A stretch of DNA of 64,000 bases from Acidimicrobiales bacterium (GTDB lineage Bacteria; Actinomycetota; Acidimicrobiia; Acidimicrobiales; Aldehydirespiratoraceae), in contig OZ220747.1 of NCBI GenBank assembly GCA_965117015.1, positions 2,708,247-2,772,246 of the forward strand, read 5' to 3'. This document shows, piece after piece, positions 1-12,610 of this stretch (positions within the stretch are counted from its first letter, which is position 1; the number at the start of each line of letters is the position of its first letter). The notes beneath the pieces are model-generated. The model searched no databases. It worked only from the letters and a program-made list of their open reading frames with translations, and had not been told where the DNA came from. A program made the position numbers and the translations under genes.

Positions 1-13
1 GCGGGACGAAAGC

Positions 14-670
14 TCAGACGCTGGCGGACAGTTCCTTGATGGCTATGGCCGGACCTTCGGTGTGGCCGAACACCGCGGATCCGGCCACCAGGACGTTGGC
101 TCCGGCCCCGACCGCGGCTCCAGCGGTCGCCGCGGTGATGCCGCCGTCGACCTCCAGGTCGATACTGCGGCCCGAGTCGTCGATCATCTGGCGCACCTCC
201 GCGATCTTCGACTCGACGGAGGCGATGTAGCGCTGCCCCCCGAAGCCGGGGTTGACCGTCATCACCAGCACCTCGTCGATCATCGGGATCACTTCGGAGA
301 TGCTCGACGCCGGGGTGTGGGGATTGAGCACAACACCGCAGCGGGCGCCGGCCTCGGTGATGGCCGAAAGGGAGCGGTGCAGGTGCGGGCAGGTCTCGGC
401 GTGGATCAGCACGGTGTCGCAGCCGGCCTCGATGTAGAGCGGGGCGAGCTCGTCGGGTTTCACCACCATGAGGTGAGCCTCGAAATGCAGGTCCACCAGC
501 GGCCGGCAGGCCGCCACCACGTCGGGTCCGAACGTGAGGTTGGGCACGAACACGCCGTCCATCACGTCCCAGTGGACCCGATGAGCCCCCGCCTCGGCGA
601 TGGCCTGGCACTCCTCGCCCAGGCGTGAGGCGTCGGCCGCCAGCACCGAAGGTGCTATCTCCACAGCCAC
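14..670 (-). CDS. rpe: ribulose-phosphate 3-epimerase
   Basis: 218-aa ORF. Motifs IAPSVLAAD, HWDVMDGVFVPN and EVDGGI are typical of the Rpe TIM barrel. Confidence 0.9.
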   Translation of the reverse strand: MAVEIAPSVLAADASRLGEECQAIAEAGAHRVHWDVMDGVFVPNLTFGPDVVAACRPLVDLHFEAHLMVVKPDELAPLYIEAGCDTVLIHAETCPHLHRSLSAITEAGARCGVVLNPHTPASSISEVIPMIDEVLVMTVNPGFGGQRYIASVESKIAEVRQMIDDSGRSIDLEVDGGITAATAGAAVGAGANVLVAGSAVFGHTEGPAIAIKELSASV

Positions 671-755
671 GTCCGCACCCTAACCGAGCCGCACCGCTGG
701 GTGGCCCACCATTCAGCAAGTCGCTATCGCTGATCGCGCCGATACCGTCGCTCTC

Positions 756-1928
756 GTGGAGTTGCGGGTGACGGCCACGGCGCGCGACGGCGTCGGGGTG
801 GCTAGGGGCTGCGACGGGCGAGTCGTGTTCGTTGAGGGCGCCCTTCCCGGGGAGCTTGTGACCGCCGAGATCCACACCGTCGACCGGCGCTGGGCCAGAG
901 CCAGGGTCATCGAGGTGCTCGAGGAATCACCTCACCGGGTTCCGGTGGCGTGCGAGCATCATCTTCAGGGCTGCGGCGGCTGCGACATGCTCCATGTCGA
1001 CTCGCGGGCCCAGATGCAGATGAAGGCGTCGATCGTGGTGGACCAGCTCACCCGCCACGGCGTGGACGCTCCGGCGCCGGCCCTGCGCATGCTCGACGCC
1101 GACCGGGGTCGCACCACGGTGCGGGCCAGGGTGGTGGACGGGCGGGCCGGGTTCATGGCCCGCTCCAGCCACGAGGTCGTCATCCCCGACGACTGTGGAG
1201 CGGTGGACGACGGCGCCGAGGAGCTGCTGGTCGAGGGCCGTTACGGCCCCGCCGACGGTGTGTTCATCCGGGTCGGATCCCGCACCGGGGAGCGGATGGT
1301 GGTGGTGAACCCCACCGTCGACGACGTCTCGGTTCCCGACGACGTGATGGTGGTGGGCACCGACGAGCTCGACCGCGACCGGCGGGCCTGGATACACGAG
1401 GAGCTGTCGGGCCGGCGTTGGAGGATCTCGGCCCGGTCCTTCTTCCAGAACCGGCCCGCGGGGGCAGAGGCCCTCATCGACGAGGTGGCCGAGATGGTGG
1501 AGGAGCTGGCCACCGACGGCCCCCTGGTGGACGCCTACGCCGGTGTCGGGCTGTTCGCGGGCACGGCGGGCTCGGGCCGCAAGGTCACCGCCATCGAGCG
1601 CAGCGTCGACGCCGCGGCCGACGCCCGGATCAACCTGGGCGAGGGCGCCAAGGTGCTGCGGATCCCGGTGGAGAAGTGGCGGGCCTCGCCGGCGAGCGTC
1701 CTCGTGGCCGACCCGGCCCGCTCCGGGATCGGCGAGGCGGCCGTGCGCCCTCTGCTGTCATGCAAACCCCGTCTGGTGGTGCTGGTGAGCTGCGACCCGT
1801 CGTCGTTCGCCAAGGACGCCGGCCGCCTCATCGAATGCGGCTACACGCTGGACCGCTGGACCGTGGTCGACCTGTTCCCCCTCACTTCCCACATAGAGAC
1901 GGTGGCGGCCTTCATCGCGACGGCATAG
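756..1928 (+). CDS. TRAM-domain SAM-dependent RNA (uracil-5)-methyltransferase (RumA/RlmD-like)
   Basis: GTG start. N-terminal TRAM-like segment, Cys cluster CEHHLQGCGGCD (4Fe-4S type), and C-terminal VADPARSGI matching the DPPRxG-type methyltransferase motif. Confidence 0.8.
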   Translation: MELRVTATARDGVGVARGCDGRVVFVEGALPGELVTAEIHTVDRRWARARVIEVLEESPHRVPVACEHHLQGCGGCDMLHVDSRAQMQMKASIVVDQLTRHGVDAPAPALRMLDADRGRTTVRARVVDGRAGFMARSSHEVVIPDDCGAVDDGAEELLVEGRYGPADGVFIRVGSRTGERMVVVNPTVDDVSVPDDVMVVGTDELDRDRRAWIHEELSGRRWRISARSFFQNRPAGAEALIDEVAEMVEELATDGPLVDAYAGVGLFAGTAGSGRKVTAIERSVDAAADARINLGEGAKVLRIPVEKWRASPASVLVADPARSGIGEAAVRPLLSCKPRLVVLVSCDPSSFAKDAGRLIECGYTLDRWTVVDLFPLTSHIETVAAFIATA

Positions 1929-1958
1929 CCCGACCCGGTGCGGCCAGTGGGCCGGCGC

Positions 1959-2861
<903 letters not shown>

Positions 2862-2954
2862 GACCGCACACTACAGTCACCGCCGGTCGCAGTGACCGCC
2901 GGTAGGGACTGCACCGGAGCGGAGCGGGCTCTAGGGTCTCCGGATCAGAGGGCG

Positions 2955-3821
2955 ATGCTGCTGACGATCGGGGACTTGGTCGAGGAGCTCGTGGTCGAGC
3001 TCCCCGACGGGATGCGTCGGGGCCACGTCGCGGAGGTGCGCACGCTGAGGGTCAGAGGCGGCTCCGCCGCCAACGTCGCGGCCATCACCTGCGAGCGGGG
3101 CGGCGCGGCCCGCTTCGTGGGCCAGGTCGGCGCCGACGCTCTGGGCGACTCGCTGGTCGCCGACCTCCAGAGGCGAGGGGTGGACACCCGGGTGGTCGCC
3201 CACGGCGTGACCGGGGTGACGGTCAACCTGCTTCAGCAGGGGTACCGCACCACGCTGGTGGAACGGGGAGCCTCGGCGACGCTGGCCGCGGTGGACGCGG
3301 AGGTTCTCGTGGGCGCGGTGCAGCTGTTCGTGCCGGGACGCTCTCTCATGTCCGACCCCCTCGCCACCGTGGTGGAGGGCATCGTCACCGGGGCCATGGA
3401 GCGCCGGGTGCCGATCACCCTCACCGGGTTGTCGGCCGACGAGGCCGCGGACTACGGCCCGGCCGCGTTCGCGGAGATGGTGACGGCGGTGCGGCCCGAC
3501 ACGGTGATCTTCACCCGGCGCGACCACGCCCGCCTGGGTCTCGAGCCGGACCAGCCCGTCGAGGGAAGCGGCAACACGATCGTGATCGGACCGGAGCGCA
3601 CCACGGTCGTAAACGCCGAGGGCTCGCACCACCGCGAGCTGTCGCTTCCGGCCACGGTGGTGGACCGCACCGGCGCCACCGACGGGTTCGTGGCCGGCTA
3701 CCTGATGTCGCGGCGGGCCGGAGCCGCCCCGGTCGCGGCCGTCGACGCCGCCCACCGGGTGATGGCGCTGGTGATGGCCAGGGTGGGCCCCACCACCCGC
3801 GGTGGCCCTGTCGAGGCCTGA
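2955..3821 (+). CDS. PfkB-family carbohydrate/ribokinase-like kinase
   Basis: I take the internal ATG at 2955 (MLLTIGDLVEEL...). The 5' part of the tracked ORF 2679..3821 is antisense to menB. The sequence carries GGSAANVA, and a C-terminal DRTGATDGF motif is typical of PfkB kinases. Confidence 0.7.
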   Translation: MLLTIGDLVEELVVELPDGMRRGHVAEVRTLRVRGGSAANVAAITCERGGAARFVGQVGADALGDSLVADLQRRGVDTRVVAHGVTGVTVNLLQQGYRTTLVERGASATLAAVDAEVLVGAVQLFVPGRSLMSDPLATVVEGIVTGAMERRVPITLTGLSADEAADYGPAAFAEMVTAVRPDTVIFTRRDHARLGLEPDQPVEGSGNTIVIGPERTTVVNAEGSHHRELSLPATVVDRTGATDGFVAGYLMSRRAGAAPVAAVDAAHRVMALVMARVGPTTRGGPVEA

Positions 3822-3827
3822 CCGCTC

Positions 3828-3875
3828 GAATTGGCAGCGGTGAGTGCCCGTTTGGGAGCTCGTGGCTGCCAATTC
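3828..3875. repeat. perfect 11-bp inverted repeat GAATTGGCAGC-N26-GCTGCCAATTC between the PfkB kinase and ADH genes
   Basis: Arms at 3828-3838 and 3865-3875 are exact reverse complements. No U-tract follows. Confidence 0.9.
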
Positions 3876-3907
3876 CTACGAGCAGACCGAAGTAGGGTTT
3901 GCGGCCT

Positions 3908-5014
3908 ATGAGGGCCGCCTTGCTGACCGATCCGAGTTCCCCGCTGGAGATGGTGGACGATCTCGACCTGGCTGATCCCCGGCCGGGCGAGGTGTGCGTG
4001 GCCGTGAGCCACAGCGGCATCTGCCACAGTGACCTCACCATCATCGAGGGGGGCTACCTGTTCCCGGCGGTGCTCGGCCACGAAGCGGCCGGGGTGGTGG
4101 CTGCGGTCGGTGACGGGGTCGGCCACGTGTCCGAGGGCGACAAGGTGATGATTACGCCGCTGGCGCCGTGCGGGCACTGCGAGGGCTGCGCCCGCCAGCA
4201 GGCCAGCCGCTGCCCGCAGGCCATGAGCTTCGTGGCCGGCACCCGGCCCGACAGCACGTCACCGTTCTCAAGGGCCGGCCGGCTCGTGCATCGGGGCCTG
4301 GGCGTCGGCGCGTTCGCCCAGCACACGGTGGTCCCCGCCTCGGGCGTGGTCCGGCTCGACGACGACGTGCCCCTCGAGGTGGCCTGCCTGATCGGCTGCG
4401 CGGTGCAGACCGGGGTCGGTGCGGTGCTCAACACCGCCAAGGTGGAGAGGGGCTCCACCGTCGTGGTCACCGGGCTCGGCGGGGTCGGCATCTCCGCGGT
4501 CCAGGGAGCCCGCATCGCCGGCGCGTCCCGCATCATCGCCTCCGACCCGGTGGAGTCCCGCCAGCAGGCCGCCCTGCGCCTAGGAGCCACCGACGCCGTA
4601 GGAGGCGACGCCGCCGAACTACGGGCCGCGGTGGCCGACGCCACCGGCGGCCAAGGCGCCGACTACGCCTTCGAGACCGCCGGCGTAGCCGACCTGGTGA
4701 GACGGGGCCTGGAAGTCACCGGACCAGGAGGCACAACCGTCGTGGTAGGAGCGCCGCCCCCCGAGCACACCATCGACATCGGCTCCGTCACAGTCTTCAT
4801 GATCCAGCAGAAACGCCTGGTCGGCAGCCTGCTAGGCGACTGCTGGCCCAACCGCGACATCCCCCGCCTAGTAGGCCTCTGGCAACGAGGCGACCTAGAC
4901 CTAGAAGCCATGATCACCCACCGCGTGCCCCTAGACGGAGTGAACGAAGGCTTCAACCGCCTCCGCTCAGCCACCGGAGTCCGAACGGTAGTAGAAGTAA
5001 CCCCCGCGCCGTAA
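3908..5014 (+). CDS. zinc-dependent alcohol dehydrogenase (class III / mycothiol-dependent formaldehyde dehydrogenase-like)
   Basis: GHEAAGVV catalytic-zinc motif and structural-zinc cluster CGHCEGCARQQASRC. ATG at 3908; the tracked ORF begins at an in-frame TTG at 3899. Confidence 0.85.
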   Translation: MRAALLTDPSSPLEMVDDLDLADPRPGEVCVAVSHSGICHSDLTIIEGGYLFPAVLGHEAAGVVAAVGDGVGHVSEGDKVMITPLAPCGHCEGCARQQASRCPQAMSFVAGTRPDSTSPFSRAGRLVHRGLGVGAFAQHTVVPASGVVRLDDDVPLEVACLIGCAVQTGVGAVLNTAKVERGSTVVVTGLGGVGISAVQGARIAGASRIIASDPVESRQQAALRLGATDAVGGDAAELRAAVADATGGQGADYAFETAGVADLVRRGLEVTGPGGTTVVVGAPPPEHTIDIGSVTVFMIQQKRLVGSLLGDCWPNRDIPRLVGLWQRGDLDLEAMITHRVPLDGVNEGFNRLRSATGVRTVVEVTPAP

Positions 5015-5073
5015 CGAAAACCGAAAGCGGCGACCGGACCCGCCGGCCGGAAGTGCCTTGCCCGACGAGCCTG

Positions 5074-7182
<2,109 letters not shown>

Positions 7183-7234
7183 GACACTGCTCCCTTGGAA
7201 GGGTCCTAGAACCCGGCGAGCCTACTCTTGGGGG

Positions 7235-7825
7235 ATGGATTCGGTGTCGGATGCCAAGGCCCGCCTCCGGGCCGAGATGAGGTCCCGGCGGGCCGGTTTG
7301 AGCCCGGCGGCGGTGGCCGAGGCCGGAGCAGCCGTGGCACGGCGGTTGGAAGCGTTTCCGGCCATGGCCGGGGCCCGCCGGGTTGCCGCCTACCGGGCGG
7401 TTCGGGGGGAGATCCCGCTCGACGGGCTGCTGGAGGGTGAGCGCCGGGAGGTGTTCACCGTTCCCCGCGTGGTGGGCGACGACCTGGAGTTCGTGGCCTG
7501 GCGCGAGGGTCAGTCGTTCGCGCCGGGGGCCTTCGGCATTCCCGAGCCGGCGGACGGCGAGGTGGTGGCCTTCGCCGCTCACGACGCGGTGCTGGTCCCC
7601 CTGACCGCCTTCGACGGGCGCTGCCGCCGGCTGGGACAGGGCGGGGGGTTCTATGACCGGGCCCTGGCGTCGCTGCCGTCCGGTGGGCCCCGGCCCGCGG
7701 CCATCGGCGTGGCCTACTCGTTCCAGCAGGTCGCCGACGTCCCGCAGGACCAGTGGGACGTGCCTCTCGACGCGGTCGTCACCGACGCCGGCATTGTGAT
7801 CGCCGACGGCGGGCTGCTCGCCTGA
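7235..7825 (+). CDS. 5-formyltetrahydrofolate cyclo-ligase
   Basis: 196 aa. Typical N-terminal KARLRAEMRSRR and C-terminal RLGQGGGFYDR motif. Confidence 0.8.
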   Translation: MDSVSDAKARLRAEMRSRRAGLSPAAVAEAGAAVARRLEAFPAMAGARRVAAYRAVRGEIPLDGLLEGERREVFTVPRVVGDDLEFVAWREGQSFAPGAFGIPEPADGEVVAFAAHDAVLVPLTAFDGRCRRLGQGGGFYDRALASLPSGGPRPAAIGVAYSFQQVADVPQDQWDVPLDAVVTDAGIVIADGGLLA

Positions 7826-7880
7826 TCGGGCCGCCGGCCTGATCGCGCTAGCGGCCGGCCCGAGGCGCTAGAACATAGTC

Positions 7881-9233
7881 GTGCATGTCATCGTTGTGGG
7901 GGCCGGAGAGGTCGGCTCCTACGTGGCCGCCCGGCTCAGCCGTGAGCGCCACAACGTCGCGGTGGTGGACATCGACGCCGACCGCCTCCGCAAGATCGGC
8001 GCCGACCTCGACGTGCTGACGGTGGAGGGCAGCGGCACCCATCCCAGCGTGCTCTCCGACGCCGGCCTCGACAACTGCGAGTTGGTCGTGGCGGTCACCA
8101 GCAAGGACGAGGTGAACCTGGTCGTGTCGCTGATCGCCAAGCAGGGGGGCGTGGACAAGACCATCGTTCGCATCGAGGCCGAGGAGTTGCGCGGCAAGGC
8201 CTCGGCGGAGCTGAGGAAGACATTCGGCGCCGACCTGGTGATCGATCCCGACTACGCGACCGCGGAGCGGATCCTTGACCTGCTCGACTACCCCGGGGCG
8301 TCGGAGATTGCGGTCATGGCCCACGGTGAGGCCATCGTCATGGGCGCCCGCCTCGAGGCCGATGCCCCGATCGTGGGCCGGAGGCTGTCGGAGATCGCGG
8401 CCGAGTACGAGCCCGACTGGGAGTTCATGGTCGGCTCGATCTCCCGGGGCGAATACACCTACATACCCCGAACCGACTACACGCTGCTCGAGGACGACCT
8501 GGTGCGGGTGGTGTGCAAGCGGCGGGCCCGCCACCGGGTGGCCAAACTCCTGGGCCTGGGTACCGGAGCGGTCCGCCACGTGCTGCTGCTCGGCGGGGGC
8601 CGCACCGCCGAGATCCTCGCGGCCCGGCTGGTGTCAAGGGGGGTCGAGGTGGTCATCGTCGAGCGCGACGCCCGGCGGGCCCTGGAGTTGGCCGAGCACC
8701 TGGACGGTGTGCAGGTGTTCGAGGGCGACATAACCGACGCCGACCTCCTCGAGGAGACCAACCTCGGCCGGTTCGACGCGGTGGCTGCGTTGACCGGCGA
8801 GGACGAATCGAACATCCTGGCCTGCCTCTACGCCAAGTCCGTGGGCGCGTCGGAGACGATCGCGGTGGTGCACAAGCTGGCCCTGCTGTCGCTGCTGGAC
8901 TCCGCGGGTGTCGATGTGTCCCTGTCGCCCCGCACCGCCACTGCCGACGGGGTGATGCGTTTCGTGCGCGGCGATGTGGCCGCGGTGACGACCTTCCTGG
9001 AGTCCGACGCCGAGGTCCTGGAGCTCGAGGTGGAGAAGGGCAGCCCGGCCGACGAGGCTCTCGTGAAGGACCTCAAGCTGCCCAAGGGCGTGCTCATCGG
9101 GGCCATTGTGCGCGACGGCAAGCCGCAGATCGCCCGCGGCCGGAGCCGGCTGCGCGGACGCGACCATGTGGTCGCCTTCGCCACCCCGGGCTCGGCTCGG
9201 GAGGTCCATCGGCTGTTGACGTGCGACGACTAG
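7881..9233 (+). CDS. trkA: Trk potassium uptake system NAD-binding subunit TrkA
   Basis: 450 aa with two RCK/Rossmann halves (VVGAGEVG and LLGGGRTA). GTG start. Confidence 0.9.
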   Translation: MHVIVVGAGEVGSYVAARLSRERHNVAVVDIDADRLRKIGADLDVLTVEGSGTHPSVLSDAGLDNCELVVAVTSKDEVNLVVSLIAKQGGVDKTIVRIEAEELRGKASAELRKTFGADLVIDPDYATAERILDLLDYPGASEIAVMAHGEAIVMGARLEADAPIVGRRLSEIAAEYEPDWEFMVGSISRGEYTYIPRTDYTLLEDDLVRVVCKRRARHRVAKLLGLGTGAVRHVLLLGGGRTAEILAARLVSRGVEVVIVERDARRALELAEHLDGVQVFEGDITDADLLEETNLGRFDAVAALTGEDESNILACLYAKSVGASETIAVVHKLALLSLLDSAGVDVSLSPRTATADGVMRFVRGDVAAVTTFLESDAEVLELEVEKGSPADEALVKDLKLPKGVLIGAIVRDGKPQIARGRSRLRGRDHVVAFATPGSAREVHRLLTCDD

Positions 9234-10825
9234 GCATTGCGGGGGGTCGACCGGCTGCCGGCTTGAGACGCTTGGGCGGGCTGCGCCGTACCCGGCCTCT
9301 GCTCCCCGGCTCGACGAAGCGGCCGCCGGCCCGGATCGTGTCCTGGGCGTTCGCCTCGATCGTCGATGCGGGCCTCGTGCTCGGCGTGGCCACCATGCTG
9401 TGCGGCCTCGCCGGGATCGGCGATGACAACGCCGACGCCGTCGCGTTCGGCTGCGTGGGGGCTGTGTGCGCGGTCCTCGCCGCCGTGGCCAGACGGCGGG
9501 TGGCGCCGCCCGACCGGCCCGGAACAGGCCGGGTGTTCGCCGGGATCGGCCTCCTCTGGACGGTGCTGGTGCTGTTCGGCACCGTCCTCTACGCGGCCAC
9601 CGGCAGCCTGGCCCGCCTCGACGACGCCCTAGTCGAGTCCGCAGCTGGCTTCACCACCACCTCGCTCACCCTCCTGGACGCCGCCGAGGCGTCGCGGTCG
9701 GTCCTGCTGTTCAGGGCGGCCACCAGCTGGGTGGGGGGTCTGATAGCGGTGTGGATCGGGGTGGTGACCCTCCCGATGGTGCTGCGGTCCACGGCCCTGA
9801 TCGGCTACACCACCGGGCGCAGGGGGCTGGACCTCGTGCCCAGCGCCACCACCGGCAGGCGCCGGGTGCTCGCCCTGTACTCGGGCTTCACCGCGGCCTG
9901 CGTGATCGCCTACCTGCTCACCGGTCTTGGTGTCACCGAGGCGCTGGTCGTGGGGCTGGGCACCGTCTCAACCGGGGGCTTCACCGGTCGGGCCGACTCG
10001 CTGGCCGGCTACGGAGGTGCCACCCAGGCGGTTGCCGGCGCCGGGATGTTCCTGGCCGGCGCGGGAATCTTCGTTGTCTGGTGGATCGCCCGGGGCCGGC
10101 TCCGTCCCCTCTGGCGCTCCCAGGAGCTCAGGACGTTCGTCGTGCTGCTGGTGGCGGCCACGGCGGCCATGGCCCTGCACCGGGGCATCGGATGGGGCGA
10201 GGCCGGCTTCATGGCGGTGTCGGCGATGAGCACCACCGGGTTCGCGATCGTCGACTGGACGGCGTGGGGGACGGCGACCACGGTGATCTTGCTGGTCGCA
10301 GCCGGGATCGGCTCCATGATGGGCTCGGCCGGTGGGGGCATGCGGGTCATGCGAGTCCAGCTGCTCATGGGCTCGGCCGGGGGAGAGCTCCGCCGCCAAC
10401 TCGACCCGTACGCGGTCGTCCTGGTGCGGCGCGATGACGAGACCCTCTCCCAGCGCACCCTGGACCGCCTGGGCGGCCACCAAGTCGCCTATGTCGTCCT
10501 GGTGGGGGTCGGGGCCCTGCTGCTGGGCGTCTCGGGCGTCTCGCTGCTGGGCAGCGTGTGGGGGTCGGTGAGCGCGGTGACCACCTTCGGTCCGGCGTTC
10601 GGGGAGATCGGCGCCTTCGGCTTGCTCGAAGGCGTGGACCGGGCGGAGCAGTTGGCCCTGGTGCCGCTGATGATGGGCGGCCGGATGTCGGTGCCTCCGG
10701 TGCTGGCCGGCGTCGGCCTGGCATTGAACTGGTACAAGGCCGCGGTGCGGCGGGGCCGCTTCTCGGTCAGGTTGGCGTCCCGCCGCCTGGAGGCTCTGGT
10801 CGAGTCGAGGTCCGGCGATGGCTAG
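9221..10825 (+). CDS. TrkH-family cation transporter, divergent paralogue 1
   Basis: Polytopic membrane protein with repeated pore-loop-like segments (STGGFTG, MSTTGFA, TTFGPAFGE). Start is uncertain. A GTG at 9221 overlaps the trkA stop. The 5' part of tracked ORF 8513..10825 lies inside trkA. Confidence 0.65.
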   Translation: MRRLGIAGGRPAAGLRRLGGLRRTRPLLPGSTKRPPARIVSWAFASIVDAGLVLGVATMLCGLAGIGDDNADAVAFGCVGAVCAVLAAVARRRVAPPDRPGTGRVFAGIGLLWTVLVLFGTVLYAATGSLARLDDALVESAAGFTTTSLTLLDAAEASRSVLLFRAATSWVGGLIAVWIGVVTLPMVLRSTALIGYTTGRRGLDLVPSATTGRRRVLALYSGFTAACVIAYLLTGLGVTEALVVGLGTVSTGGFTGRADSLAGYGGATQAVAGAGMFLAGAGIFVVWWIARGRLRPLWRSQELRTFVVLLVAATAAMALHRGIGWGEAGFMAVSAMSTTGFAIVDWTAWGTATTVILLVAAGIGSMMGSAGGGMRVMRVQLLMGSAGGELRRQLDPYAVVLVRRDDETLSQRTLDRLGGHQVAYVVLVGVGALLLGVSGVSLLGSVWGSVSAVTTFGPAFGEIGAFGLLEGVDRAEQLALVPLMMGGRMSVPPVLAGVGLALNWYKAAVRRGRFSVRLASRRLEALVESRSGDG

Positions 10826-12395
10826 CGGTGGAGTTCCTGAGGCCCCGCCGGCTGGTCCGAGCCAGCTTCGGGACCGGTTCGCCTCCACGACCCTTCACAT
10901 CCTCGGCATCGCCCTGGCGGCGGTGTCGCTGGGGATGCTGGCCTGCGCCCTGCTGGAGGCGGCCACCAGCCGGCGCGACACGATGGCACTGGGGGCCTCG
11001 GCGCTGGTGGTCGGCGCGGCGGGAGGCCTGCTGTGGTACCTCACCCGGCCCGGCGCGATCCGCAAGCGCGACATCTTCGCCACGGTGGCGTGGACCTGGA
11101 TCCTCACCACCGGCGTGGGCGCCCTTCCCTTCGTGCTGGCGGGCACGTTCGCGGGGTCGGGGGTAGGCGTCGTCGAGCAGGTGGTCAACAGCGTGTTCGA
11201 GTCGGCGTCTGGCTTCTCGGCCAGCGGCTCCACCGTGCTGACCGACTTCGAGTCCCCGGGCCGGGGCCTGATGATGTACCGCCAGCTCACCCACTGGTAC
11301 GGCGGTATGGGCGTAGTGGTCCTGGCGGTGGCGGTGCTCCCATTCCTCGGCGTCGGCGGGCTGGAGCTGATCACGGCCGAGGCGCCGGGAACAACGTCGG
11401 ACCGCCTCACACCGAGGGTGAGCGAGACAGCCCGGCGCCTGTGGATGGTGTACATCGGCTTCACGGCCTGCGCGGCGCTGGCGTTCTTCGTGGCTGACGG
11501 ATTCTCATCGCTCTACGACGCGGTGGCCCACGCCTTCACGCTCGCGGCCACCGGCGGCTTCTCGGTGCACTCCGACTCGATCGGGCACTACGACAGCGTG
11601 GCCGTCGAGACGGTGGTGATCGTGTTCATGGTCCTCGGCGGCACCAGCTTCTCGCTGCACTGGCGGGCGGTGACCACCGGCAGGGTGCCGTATCACCGCA
11701 ACAGCGAGTTCCGCTCGTACCTCGGCGTGCTGGCCGTTGCTTCGGCCGTCATCGTGATCCTGGTGTGGCTGGAGAACGGCCTGCCGCTGGGCTCCGCGAT
11801 CCGGGGCGCGGTCTTCACCGTGGTCTCGTTGGGCACCAGCACCGGCCTGTCCAACGCCACCGGGCCCGGTTCGCCCGGCGACTATGTGACCTGGGTCGCG
11901 GGGGCGCAACTCGTGCTGCTGTTCCTGATGGTGGTGGGCGGCTGCACGGGCTCGACGTCGGGCGGCATCAAGGTGATGCGCATGCAGGTGCTGGGACTGG
12001 TGATGCTGCGCTCCGTCCAGCACTCCCAGACGCCCCGGGCCGTGATCCCGATCCGCCTCGGCCGCGACACCGTCAGCGAGGGCGTCGTGTCCCGGGTGGC
12101 CGGGTTCTTCCTGCTTCACTTCCTGTTGGTGCTCGCCGGCCTGCTGGCGGTCACAGCACTGGGCGGGGAGCTGGAGACCTCGCTCGGATCGGTCGTCTCG
12201 GCGCTGGGGAACATGGGCCCGGCGCTGGGCGAGGCTGGCCCGACCTCCAACTACGCGGTGGCGTTCAGCCAGCCGGCCCGGCTCGTGCTGGCACTGCTGA
12301 TGATCATCGGCCGCTTGGAGATCCTGCCCATCCTGCTGGCGGTAGTGCCCTACGTCTACCGGGCCAAGGACCTGACCCGGGCAGCCCGCCGCTGA
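10818..12395 (+). CDS. trkH: TrkH potassium uptake protein, paralogue 2
   Basis: 525 aa with SASGSTV, ATGGFS, GTSTGLS and GNMGPALGE pore loops, plus LTHWYGGMG. The ATG overlaps the stop of the preceding trkH-like gene (ATGGCTAG). Confidence 0.85.
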   Translation: MASGGVPEAPPAGPSQLRDRFASTTLHILGIALAAVSLGMLACALLEAATSRRDTMALGASALVVGAAGGLLWYLTRPGAIRKRDIFATVAWTWILTTGVGALPFVLAGTFAGSGVGVVEQVVNSVFESASGFSASGSTVLTDFESPGRGLMMYRQLTHWYGGMGVVVLAVAVLPFLGVGGLELITAEAPGTTSDRLTPRVSETARRLWMVYIGFTACAALAFFVADGFSSLYDAVAHAFTLAATGGFSVHSDSIGHYDSVAVETVVIVFMVLGGTSFSLHWRAVTTGRVPYHRNSEFRSYLGVLAVASAVIVILVWLENGLPLGSAIRGAVFTVVSLGTSTGLSNATGPGSPGDYVTWVAGAQLVLLFLMVVGGCTGSTSGGIKVMRMQVLGLVMLRSVQHSQTPRAVIPIRLGRDTVSEGVVSRVAGFFLLHFLLVLAGLLAVTALGGELETSLGSVVSALGNMGPALGEAGPTSNYAVAFSQPARLVLALLMIIGRLEILPILLAVVPYVYRAKDLTRAARR

Positions 12396-12427
12396 TCCGG
12401 CGAGTCGGCCGCTGCGGGGCCATGGTG

Positions 12428-12460
12428 CCGGCTTGACGGACAGCCCGGCTTGACGGGCAG
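12428..12460 (+). promoter_or_regulatory. tandem direct repeat CCGGCTTGACGGRCAG x2 upstream of gltB; possible -35 elements or operator
   Basis: Copies at 12428-12443 and 12445-12460. Each carries TTGACG. A TAGGTT -10-like hexamer lies 19 nt after the second TTGACG. Confidence 0.3.
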
Positions 12461-12610
12461 AGGGAACTGTCCGGTAGGTTGTCTGGACGCGTTTCGAGCG
12501 GTGAGCGGCCAATGACGTCCCTCCCGCCGCCGTGCAAGCCGCGGTTCGGGCACATCAGTTCTGCCTGAGAGGCGCTGCCAACGACGATCCAGCCTCCCGC
12601 GAGGAGACCG

